Shown here in pieces: positions 18,514 to 27,042 of a DNA stretch of 64,000 nt. The translations under genes were made by a program, and so were the position numbers. The stretch's first letter is position 1; each line of letters opens with the position of its first letter. The notes under the pieces are model-generated. The model saw only the letters and a list, made by a program, of their open reading frames with translations, did no database searches and was not told where the DNA came from. Source of the DNA: Candidatus Omnitrophota bacterium (GTDB taxonomy: Bacteria > Omnitrophota > Gorgyraeia > Zapsychrales > Zapsychraceae); contig JAJDCA010000015.1 of NCBI GenBank assembly GCA_029261055.1, positions 83,998 through 147,997 on the forward strand. The letters run 5' to 3'.

Positions 18514-19358
18514 GTCAAAAAACACAGTATTTTAAAATTGGATTATTTATTCTTATTGGGAGTAGTATCCTTGTCGCCGGTATCATTGTATTAGGCGCCG
18601 GGAAAATATTTGAGAAGAAAATATATGTTGAAACATATTTTTCTACTTCAGTTCAGGGTATTGATATCGGAACGCCTATCAAATGCCGTGGGGTTAAAAT
18701 AGGAAAAGTCGATCAAATTAATATTGTTGGGGATGCTTATGATTTTGGTGGGGATATGGATAAATTTCGTAAATACGGGCTTTATGTGAGAGTACGAGGA
18801 GCTTTAAAAATCGGAGCGATATCCCTTATTACACAAAAATTAAACCAAAAGGAAATTGATCATTTAGTGCAAAATGAAGGTTTAAGATTAAAAATGGTTC
18901 CTTTGGGCATTACGGGGTTGTCATATTTAGAACTTGATTTCGGTAACGGCGAATATCCTCTTATGGATATTATTTGGAAACCAAAATTGGTGTATATTCC
19001 CTCGGTGCCCAATGAATTTGAAATGTTCATTAGAGGTTTGATGACTTTTTCAAAATCAATGAACGAAGACATTAAACCTATTTTGGAAAATTTACGGGAA
19101 GCATCGAAAAGTTTTCCTGAGACGACAAAAAATATCAATAAGGGCTTAGGAAGTGTTTCCGAATTAAGCACGAATTTAAATAGTGCTGTTATTAATGCGA
19201 ATAAGATTATGGGAGAGAATCAGCAGAATCTTAAAGAGACAATGAATAATATTAAATTTATTACCAATGATCTTCGGGATGTCTCTCAAGAATTAAAAAA
19301 TAATCCTTCGCGTGTCATTTTTGGAGAGGCCCCACCCAAACAGGGAGTTGAACGATAA
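18510..19358 (+). CDS. mlaD: MlaD / MCE-domain substrate-binding protein
   Basis: N-terminal TM anchor followed by an MCE domain. It overlaps the mlaF stop by 4 nt. Confidence 0.8.
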   Translation: MSQKTQYFKIGLFILIGSSILVAGIIVLGAGKIFEKKIYVETYFSTSVQGIDIGTPIKCRGVKIGKVDQINIVGDAYDFGGDMDKFRKYGLYVRVRGALKIGAISLITQKLNQKEIDHLVQNEGLRLKMVPLGITGLSYLELDFGNGEYPLMDIIWKPKLVYIPSVPNEFEMFIRGLMTFSKSMNEDIKPILENLREASKSFPETTKNINKGLGSVSELSTNLNSAVINANKIMGENQQNLKETMNNIKFITNDLRDVSQELKNNPSRVIFGEAPPKQGVER

Positions 19359-19969
19359 TGAAAAAAATATTTTTATATTGTATGTTATTTGCTAATTTTG
19401 TATTTTTAACGGGATGTGTGAGTCTAAACAAAGATTATCCGGACGTAAAAAGTTATTCCATTCGTATTCTTCGGGAAAAGAATAATGTTGTTCCCTCCAA
19501 AAGAATTACATTAAAGATTAATGCATTTGATATTGCAGAGCAGTTTGCAACCAAAAATCTTGTGTATAAAAAAGAGAAGTTGAATTTTAATGCGGATTAT
19601 TACAATCGATTCACATCTTATCCAGAAATCATGTTAGCTGATCAAATGCGTGAATGGTTCAGTAAAGCTCCCTTTATTAAAGAGGTAATCCTTCCCGAAG
19701 ACTCCAGAACAGCCAATTATTCAATCAATGCGTATATCAGTGAAATTTATGGTGATTTTTCTAAGCAAGAAAAACTCAAAGCTGTTATTAGCATAAAGTT
19801 AACTGTATTAGATGTTCAGAATGATGCAGTGGTTTTATCTAAGTTATACCGTGAAGAAATTAATCTTAAGAAAATGACAGTTTCAGAATTAATAGAAGGC
19901 TATCAGTCTGCTTTTAGGAAAGTTTTAGGGGTATTTGAATCGGATATAAATAAATTCACACATATTTAA
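19358..19969 (+). CDS. Lipoprotein, ABC-transport auxiliary component (DUF330-like) of the Mce/Mla operon
   Basis: Lipobox FLTGC after the signal peptide. About 200 aa. It abuts the mlaD stop. Confidence 0.6.
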   Translation: MKKIFLYCMLFANFVFLTGCVSLNKDYPDVKSYSIRILREKNNVVPSKRITLKINAFDIAEQFATKNLVYKKEKLNFNADYYNRFTSYPEIMLADQMREWFSKAPFIKEVILPEDSRTANYSINAYISEIYGDFSKQEKLKAVISIKLTVLDVQNDAVVLSKLYREEINLKKMTVSELIEGYQSAFRKVLGVFESDINKFTHI

Positions 19970-20010
19970 ATTAAAATTACTGTGTTGACGGAAAACATTA
20001 TGAAAGATAT

Positions 20011-20232
20011 GAAATCGCTTTTGAGCAAAGATTAACGCATTCGGCTCAGAGGAGGCCTCGTTCTGCTCGGCCTCCAATGGTTCGACAAGCTCACCACTAT
20101 TTTAGGCTTGTCGAATAAGTTCGCCTCATGCGCCAATTTTTGCTTTGCGCGATTACGATTCTTAAATTTTTATACTGTCGGTCATCCCGTCTTAACATAA
20201 ACTTCGATAGACGGGATGACTTGAAAGTATCC
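20011..20232. repeat. Structured intergenic repeat, copy B (about 220 bp), with hairpin GTCATCCCGTCT...AGACGGGATGAC and an inverted GGAGGCCGAGCAG module
   Basis: See copy A. Its 5' and 3' modules are about 85-90% identical to copy A. The internal module is in the opposite orientation. Confidence 0.6.
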
Positions 20233-20275
20233 GGTAATTTGAATAGCCAAGAAATAATTTAGAAAGGAAAAGATA

Positions 20276-21139
20276 ATGGTAAAGAATATTTATGAGGATC
20301 AGAATTATCCGGAAGCGGTATTGCCTTCGTGTCCGATTGACAAAAAGTTGAAAGGACAAACGGCCATAGTCACAGGGGCCAGTTCAGGTATTGGGCAATC
20401 TATTGCATTGGCGATGGGGCGTGCCGGAGCTAATGTGATTATTAATTACATATCTGGTGATGAGGCTTTAAAGGAAATGGTGCCGGAGATTGAGCGTTGT
20501 GGAGGCAAGGCTATTGGGTTTCAGGCTGATGTTTCGAAAGAAGATCAAGTTCAGGCCATATTTGCCAAGGCATGTGAAGAATTTGGGACGGTGGATATTC
20601 TGGTGAATAATGCCGGTTTACAGCAAGATGCCGCTTTTGATGAAATGACGCTGGCCCAATGGCAAAAGGTGATTGATGTGAATTTAACGGGGCAATTTTT
20701 GTGTGCGCGAGAGGCTGTGCGTGAATTTAAAAAAAGTGGTGTAAAAAAAGAAGTGTCGTGTGCGGCTGGAAAGATTATTTGTGTTAGCTCGGTGCATGAA
20801 GTCATTCCTTGGGCGGGCCATGTCAATTATGCAGCCTCCAAAGGTGGAGTTATGCTTATGATGAAAAGTATTGCCCAAGAATGTGCTCCGTTTCGAATTC
20901 GCATAAACAGCATATGCCCCGGGGCGATTAAAACACCTATTAACACAGAGGCATGGTCCACACCTGAAGCACAAAAAGAATTGCTTAAACTTATTCCTTA
21001 TCAGCGTGTCGGGGAAACGGCTGATATTGCACGAGTCGCCGTATGGTTGGCCTCTGATGATTCCGATTACATTAATGGAACCAGTATTTTTGTAGATGGG
21101 GGGATGTGCCTATATCCGGGGTTTGCTACTGGAGGATAA
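20276..21139 (+). CDS. Short-chain dehydrogenase/reductase (glucose-1-dehydrogenase-like SDR)
   Basis: TGASSGIG cofactor motif, NNAG, catalytic YAASK. Confidence 0.8.
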   Translation: MVKNIYEDQNYPEAVLPSCPIDKKLKGQTAIVTGASSGIGQSIALAMGRAGANVIINYISGDEALKEMVPEIERCGGKAIGFQADVSKEDQVQAIFAKACEEFGTVDILVNNAGLQQDAAFDEMTLAQWQKVIDVNLTGQFLCAREAVREFKKSGVKKEVSCAAGKIICVSSVHEVIPWAGHVNYAASKGGVMLMMKSIAQECAPFRIRINSICPGAIKTPINTEAWSTPEAQKELLKLIPYQRVGETADIARVAVWLASDDSDYINGTSIFVDGGMCLYPGFATGG

Positions 21140-21212
21140 TGGTGCAAAAATATTTTCACTTTGTAAGGAAATGCATTCTTGATCGACAAACTGGATAACT
21201 AATTGCTATATT

Positions 21213-21344
21213 ATTTCAGAAATTCTTGAAGCGTCTAAGGCCACCGCGGTGTATGCCGTGCTCAAACAGCCGAGCAGAGCTCGGAAACTGCGCGCGGCAT
21301 ACCCCACAATGCCCTTTTAACGACGCTTCAAGAATTTCTGAAAT
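21213..21344. repeat. 132-bp palindromic element: perfect 23-bp terminal inverted repeats (ATTTCAGAAATTCTTGAAGCGTC / GACGCTTCAAGAATTTCTGAAAT) enclosing an 86-bp GC-rich core with internal stems and a GCCGAGCAGAG motif shared with repeats A and B
   Basis: Seen in the sequence. It lies between the SDR gene and the GH15 gene. Confidence 0.55.
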
Positions 21345-21386
21345 TATCTAATACCAGATGAAGGTCGTTAATGGAGGGAATAAAAC

Positions 21387-23183
21387 ATGTCGAATTATCA
21401 ACCAATCGAAAATTATGGTATTATCGGTGATCTACACACCATTGCTTTAGTGGGGATGGACGGATCCATTGATTTTATGTCGTTTCCGCATTTTGACTCG
21501 CCGACGATATTTGCGGCCTTACTTGATCATGAAAAAGGTGGACGCTTTCAAATTTGTCCCAAGCTGGACCAGGCACGCCACAAACAGCTTTATCTTCCGG
21601 ATACAAATATATTGTTAACACGCTTTTTATCAGAAAGCGGTGTAGCTGAAATTTCTGATTTTATGCCTATCGAAGAATGTTGTGCGCACAGGATTGTGCG
21701 TCGTGTCAAAACGATTCGCGGAGAAGTCACCTACCAAATGAAATTTGCCCCAAAGTTCAATTATGCCCGGGATACCCATAAAGTCGAGGAAAAGGAAAAA
21801 GGGATTCTGTTCATCTCGGAAGGTGAAGACAAACAGACCATTTTTCTTCGATGCTCTGTGCCGGTAAAGATTGTTAATGGCGAAGCTGTCGCGGAATTTA
21901 AGTTGCATGCCGGCGAAACAGCTTCATTTATTTTAGAGCAGTATTCAGCCAACGGATCACCGGCCGATGCGCCGGATTACATATCCCGGTCATTTAAATC
22001 CACGGTCAATTTTTGGCGTAATTGGATAGCCAAGTCAAATTACAAAGGACGTTGGCGGGAAATGGTAGATCGCTCTGCGCTTGTTTTAAAGCTTCTGACT
22101 TCAAAGCCACATGGTTCCATTGTAGCCGCCCCAACATTTGGATTGCCGGAAGAGCTCGGTGGTGAACGGAATTGGGATTATCGCTATACATGGATTCGGG
22201 ATGCGTCTTTCACCTTGTATGGATTAATACGGCTTGGATTTACCGATGAAGCTGCTTCTTTTATGAAATGGATTGAAGCACGTTGCGGTGAATTAAATCC
22301 CGACGGTTCTCTTCAGATTATGTATGGCATTGATGGACGTCACAAATTAACAGAAATAACTTTAGATCATTTTGAAGGATATAAAAAATCTGCGCCTGTG
22401 CGTATTGGAAATGGCGCTTATGATCAATTGCAATTAGATATTTATGGCGAGCTAATGGATTCTGTTTATCTGTATGATAAATACGGATCACAAATATCGT
22501 ATGACTTGTGGCAAAATCTCATTCGGTTGGTGGATTGGGTGTGTGATAATTGGCATAAAACAGATGAAGGAATTTGGGAAGTGCGTGGTGGGCAACAAGA
22601 GTTTTTGTATTCCCGGTTGATGTGCTGGGTAGCCCTTGACCGAGGCATTCGACTTGCGCGGAAACGATCTTACCCTGCACCCATTCAAAAATGGAAGTCT
22701 GTTCGTAATGAAATTTATAATGCGATTTTTACTGATTTTTGGAGTGACGATTTAAAGGCTTTTACGCAATACAAGGGATCATCAACCCTTGATGCTTCGA
22801 ATCTTTTGATGCCGATGGTACGTTTTATCAGTCCGACCGATCCTCGCTGGATATCCACCTTAAACGCCATTCAAAAAGAGCTGGTTGATGATTCTCTGGT
22901 GTACCGCTACAAGGTTCAAGAAGGCGCTTCAGATGGTTTGTCCGGCGAAGAGGGCACATTCTGCATGTGTTCATTTTGGAATGTGGAATGCCTTTCGCGT
23001 TCGGGAGATGTGAAGAAGGCCAGGTTTTTATTTGAGAAAATGTTGGGTTATGCCAATCATTTGGGTCTTTATGCCGAGGAGCTTGGGCCAAGTGGAGAGC
23101 ATTTGGGGAATTTTCCGCAAGCATTCACACATTTGGCGCTGATTAGTGCAGCGTATGATTTGAATAAACGATTAGGGGAATAA
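21387..23183 (+). CDS. Glycoside hydrolase family 15 (glucoamylase / trehalase-like)
   Basis: 598 aa. GH15 signatures: NWDYRYTWIRDASFTLYGL and a C-terminal (alpha/alpha)6-barrel region. Confidence 0.8.
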   Translation: MSNYQPIENYGIIGDLHTIALVGMDGSIDFMSFPHFDSPTIFAALLDHEKGGRFQICPKLDQARHKQLYLPDTNILLTRFLSESGVAEISDFMPIEECCAHRIVRRVKTIRGEVTYQMKFAPKFNYARDTHKVEEKEKGILFISEGEDKQTIFLRCSVPVKIVNGEAVAEFKLHAGETASFILEQYSANGSPADAPDYISRSFKSTVNFWRNWIAKSNYKGRWREMVDRSALVLKLLTSKPHGSIVAAPTFGLPEELGGERNWDYRYTWIRDASFTLYGLIRLGFTDEAASFMKWIEARCGELNPDGSLQIMYGIDGRHKLTEITLDHFEGYKKSAPVRIGNGAYDQLQLDIYGELMDSVYLYDKYGSQISYDLWQNLIRLVDWVCDNWHKTDEGIWEVRGGQQEFLYSRLMCWVALDRGIRLARKRSYPAPIQKWKSVRNEIYNAIFTDFWSDDLKAFTQYKGSSTLDASNLLMPMVRFISPTDPRWISTLNAIQKELVDDSLVYRYKVQEGASDGLSGEEGTFCMCSFWNVECLSRSGDVKKARFLFEKMLGYANHLGLYAEELGPSGEHLGNFPQAFTHLALISAAYDLNKRLGE

Positions 23184-24167
23184 ATGCACACAGAAGATCA
23201 AACAGTAAAATTGACACAGGAAGATATTTATGGCTGGCCTGGGTATAGAATGAGTGTTGGTGACATCAGCCTGGGCATTACCCCCCAAATTGGCGGACGG
23301 ATTATATCACTCACGCATAAGGATGAAGAATTATTCTTTGCTCAAGATGAGCATAAAGGGGAAATATATAATTTTGAAAATGTAGCAGATTTAAAATCTG
23401 AAAAGAAACGTTTAGGCTTTCGTCTTTGGGGAGGGGATAAAACATGGGTTTCTCCGCAAGGCACTTGGTGGGAAAAAATTCCTCCGCTTGAAATAGATGC
23501 CGGTCAATATACCTTCACTAAGGTCGAAGAATTGCCTACATCTGTGACGCTGGAAATGACAAGTCTTGTTTGTCGTGAAACAAATTTACAAGTTACGCGG
23601 TGTATTCAATTAAGAGATGATGAATCCATTCATCTTAAACAAACGTTTTGCAATCATGCAAATGAGGATGTTCGTCTTGGCATATGGAATGTGACGCAAA
23701 TGCTAAGGCCATTTAATGTGTATTTCCCGACAAACAAGTCAAAAATACGTGCATATAAGGATGAAGGGTTAATTGAGGATGCGGAAGCAAAGATTACGGA
23801 AAATAATAATTGGGTCAAGATTTGTTGTGATGATAATACGCATTTTAAGTTTGGAGGGGCCCTTGATTTTGGCGTTAGTGTGGCCTTACGAAATTATCAC
23901 CTGGATGTTCGTCAAGAATCTGTAGAGACATTAGCTTTTGTAAAGCTGTTTGACATTGATTATGGGGCATCTTATGCCCATGATGCCGTTGCCGAAGTTT
24001 ATAATTCTCCCAAATATAATTATTTGGAGTTAGAAGTTCATGCGCCTTTTTATGTTTTAAAAAAAGGTGAAGAATATTCTCACAGTCAGGCTTGGCGTAT
24101 TGGAAGACTCGAAGGGGACGTGACACCTAAACAGGCTTTGGAGGCTTTGACAAAAGGGTATGCATGA
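23184..24167 (+). CDS. Hypothetical protein co-transcribed with GH15; possibly a sugar-binding or mutarotase-like accessory protein
   Basis: Its start abuts the GH15 stop and its end overlaps the aquaporin start by 4 nt. I recognise no motifs. Confidence 0.5.
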   Translation: MHTEDQTVKLTQEDIYGWPGYRMSVGDISLGITPQIGGRIISLTHKDEELFFAQDEHKGEIYNFENVADLKSEKKRLGFRLWGGDKTWVSPQGTWWEKIPPLEIDAGQYTFTKVEELPTSVTLEMTSLVCRETNLQVTRCIQLRDDESIHLKQTFCNHANEDVRLGIWNVTQMLRPFNVYFPTNKSKIRAYKDEGLIEDAEAKITENNNWVKICCDDNTHFKFGGALDFGVSVALRNYHLDVRQESVETLAFVKLFDIDYGASYAHDAVAEVYNSPKYNYLELEVHAPFYVLKKGEEYSHSQAWRIGRLEGDVTPKQALEALTKGYA

Positions 24168-24958
24168 TCAATGCTTTGCGTAAACATTGGCCGGAATATT
24201 TAATGGAAGCGTGGGGATTGGGGATGTTCATGGTCTCAGCTTGTCTTTTTGCTGCTCTTTTAGAATATCCAGGATCTCCGGTCAGGCAGATGATTGAGAG
24301 TTCTATTGTACGTCGTGCTTTTATGGGATTAGCCATGGGGTTAACAGCCGTAGGCATTATTTATTCTCCATGGGGCCAGCAATCAGGAGCGCATATCAAT
24401 CCGGCTTTTACTTTTACATTTTATCGTCTTGGAAAAATTGCTTCATGGGATGCCTTTTTTTATATTGTTTTCCAATTTCTTGGGGCTGTTTTAGGCGTTG
24501 CAGTATCTGCATTCTTTTTATCGAAATATGTTACGGATCCTGCCGTCAATTACGTTGTGACAATCCCTGGTGCTGCAGGAACTATTATTGCATTTATTTC
24601 AGAGATGCTGATGTCGTTTGGTTTAATGCTGATGGTATTAATCGTCACGAATCATAAAAAATTATCCGCCTATACCGGTTATTTTGCCGGTATATTTTTG
24701 TTATTTTATATTACTTTTGAAGCCCCCCTATCAGGTATGAGCATTAATCCGGCGCGTACGTTTGGGTCAGCTTTACCGTCAGGTGTGTGGGATGCCTGGT
24801 GGCTTTATATGATTGCTCCTTTAATAGGGATGATGTTGGCCGCAGAATTATATGTTCGTCGCGTAGGTTTAAAAAATATTTTTTGTGCGAAATTAAATCA
24901 TGACAATCATAAACGGTGTATTTTTTTCTGCGGATGCGGGAACTATAGAGGGAGATAA
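24164..24958 (+). CDS. MIP-family channel (aquaporin / aquaglyceroporin)
   Basis: Two NPA motifs (GAHINPAFT and MSINPARTF), six TM segments, 264 aa. Confidence 0.85.
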   Translation: MINALRKHWPEYLMEAWGLGMFMVSACLFAALLEYPGSPVRQMIESSIVRRAFMGLAMGLTAVGIIYSPWGQQSGAHINPAFTFTFYRLGKIASWDAFFYIVFQFLGAVLGVAVSAFFLSKYVTDPAVNYVVTIPGAAGTIIAFISEMLMSFGLMLMVLIVTNHKKLSAYTGYFAGIFLLFYITFEAPLSGMSINPARTFGSALPSGVWDAWWLYMIAPLIGMMLAAELYVRRVGLKNIFCAKLNHDNHKRCIFFCGCGNYRGR

Positions 24959-25060
24959 AAAAATATTGTCATCCCCGAATGTTTTAGTCGGGGATCAATG
25001 ATTTTCAACTGGATTCCCGCCTGCGCGGGAATGACAGGTTTTAAAATAAGGAGGTTATTA

Positions 25061-26245
25061 ATGTCAGCTAACGAAAAATATGATGTCATTATTATTGGAA
25101 CCGGCGCCGGAGGAGGGACTCTGGCTACAGAACCTGAACGCAGCGAACCGTATGCTCATGCACCTTTACGGCATGAACCGCGTATTCAAGAATTATATGA
25201 TGATTTAAAACGCATCGGACATAATCCATTCCCACTTCCGATTGGCGTACGTCTTGGTGACGATAAATCATACCCGCAACCGGATTATGTTATGGGAAAA
25301 TTTGATGGGTTTCCTGACCCAACCGAATCTAAAGCAGATGCGCATGTGTGCGCCGTGAATCCGGCTTTGGAACACAATAATGTCACTTTGTTAACAGATT
25401 GTTATGTCGAGCGTTTGGAAACAGATGCTTCCGGCCGCGCAATTAAAACTGTGCATGCCCTACACAAGGGACAAGCCGCTATTTTTTCAGCAGATACCGT
25501 CGTTGTTTCTTGTGGAGCGATTAATTCCGCAGCCTTATTATTGCGTTCCGCAAACGACAAACACCCCAACGGTTTAGCGAACAGTTCAGATGTTGTCGGT
25601 CGACACTATATGTGTCATAACAATTCTGCGATGCTTGCCCTTTCGAAGCATCCTAATCCAACAAAATTTGGAAAAACATTCGCGCTTAATGATTTTTATT
25701 TCGACAGCGATGATTTTGAATATCCGTTGGGACATATTCAAATGTTAGGAAAGTCCGATGCGGAAATGTTGAAAGGTGATGCGCCGGCCTTTGCTCCGGG
25801 CATGGCATTGGATTATATGGCTAAACACGCGGTTGATTTTTGGATGACATCCGAAGATTTGCCTGACCCGAATAATCGCGTGACATTAAATGACAATGGC
25901 GAAATTGTCCTGCAGTATACAGAAAATAATTTGGAAGGGCATACGCGCCTCATTGCGAAATTAAAAGGAATGCTTAATGAGTTAGGATGCCAAAATCATC
26001 TTTTTCCTTGTCAGGCTTATTTAGGCAAAAAAATTCCTTTGGCAGGGACAGCCCATCAGTGTGGAACAATCCGCTTTGGAAAAGATCCCAAGACATCGGC
26101 TTTAGATGAAAATTGCAAAGCCCATGATGTGGATAATCTTTATGTTGTTGATGGTAGCTTTTTTCCATCGAGCACCGCTGTTAATCCTGGACTGACTATT
26201 ATGGCTAATGCTTTAAGAGTTGGGAATCATCTTTTAAGAAAATAG
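25061..26245 (+). CDS. GMC-family oxidoreductase, unusually short: it lacks the segment normally following the N-terminal FAD-binding GxGxxG. It may be a degenerate gene.
   Basis: N-terminus DVIIIGTGAGGGTLA. The C-terminal GMC_oxred_C-like region reads HQCGTIRFG...VVDGSFFPSSTAVNPGLTIMANAL. The likely start is the ATG at 25061 with an AAGGAGG RBS (ORF track start 24998). The product is 394 aa against about 520-560 aa for typical family members. Confidence 0.6.
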   Translation: MSANEKYDVIIIGTGAGGGTLATEPERSEPYAHAPLRHEPRIQELYDDLKRIGHNPFPLPIGVRLGDDKSYPQPDYVMGKFDGFPDPTESKADAHVCAVNPALEHNNVTLLTDCYVERLETDASGRAIKTVHALHKGQAAIFSADTVVVSCGAINSAALLLRSANDKHPNGLANSSDVVGRHYMCHNNSAMLALSKHPNPTKFGKTFALNDFYFDSDDFEYPLGHIQMLGKSDAEMLKGDAPAFAPGMALDYMAKHAVDFWMTSEDLPDPNNRVTLNDNGEIVLQYTENNLEGHTRLIAKLKGMLNELGCQNHLFPCQAYLGKKIPLAGTAHQCGTIRFGKDPKTSALDENCKAHDVDNLYVVDGSFFPSSTAVNPGLTIMANALRVGNHLLRK

Positions 26246-26354
26246 GAAAGGAGAATAGACCATAGAAAATAAATAAAATGAAAATACTTAGAATGAATAA
26301 ATAATAAAGTTTATTTTTAAACGGGTTATGTATAGCCCACAAAAAGGAGAGAAA

Positions 26355-26954
26355 ATGAAAAAAAGAATTATGGCATTATTAGCAGTAATGGTTTTAGGGA
26401 GTGTAACGATGGCTTCCGCTGGGGTGAAATACAAGTTGGATTATCCGCATACATCCATTGGATTTAAAGTAAAACATCTTGGAATCAGTTCGGTAAAAGG
26501 TAAATTTGATTCTTTCGACGGAGAACTTCAATTTGATGGCGAAAAATTAGTTTCTTTAGAGGGTAAAGTGGAAATTAACAGCGTTAACACGGGAAATGAA
26601 AAGCGTGACACACATCTTAAATCTGATGATTTCTTTTCGGCTAATACATTTCCATCCATGATGTTTAAAAGTACAAAGATTACTCACGAAGGCGATGATC
26701 TGTCTGTTGTTGGAGAATTGACTATCCGTGATGTTACAAAAGTTGTGACGCTTAAGGGTGAGTTTAATGGATTTGCCGATATGGAAATGAATGGAATGAA
26801 GATGAAAAAAACGGGTTTAGCTCTTCAAGGTTCAATCAATCGTAAGGATTTTGGATTAGCTTTTAATATGCTTAACGGCGCAGGGAATAAAGTTGTCGAT
26901 GATAAAGTCAATTTGACAATTGAAATTGAAGGTAATATGGATATGGGAATGTAG
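26355..26954 (+). CDS. YceI-like periplasmic protein (polyisoprenoid-binding family)
   Basis: Signal peptide followed by a YceI domain (HTSIGFKVKHLGISSVKGKF). AAGGAGAG RBS before the ATG at 26355 (ORF track start 26328). Confidence 0.75.
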   Translation: MKKRIMALLAVMVLGSVTMASAGVKYKLDYPHTSIGFKVKHLGISSVKGKFDSFDGELQFDGEKLVSLEGKVEINSVNTGNEKRDTHLKSDDFFSANTFPSMMFKSTKITHEGDDLSVVGELTIRDVTKVVTLKGEFNGFADMEMNGMKMKKTGLALQGSINRKDFGLAFNMLNGAGNKVVDDKVNLTIEIEGNMDMGM

Positions 26955-27042
26955 GTAGGTAATTCTTGAAGATAAATCCTCCTGGGAATTGAGAAGGTTT
27001 CATTTCCAGGAGGATATAAAAAATATTTTTGGAGATATTTTG

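Noticed and set aside
24370-24657. 95-codon Cys-rich + strand ORF overlapping the aquaporin gene in another frame
   Set aside because: The overlapped frame encodes a protein with both NPA motifs. The alternative frame has no support.
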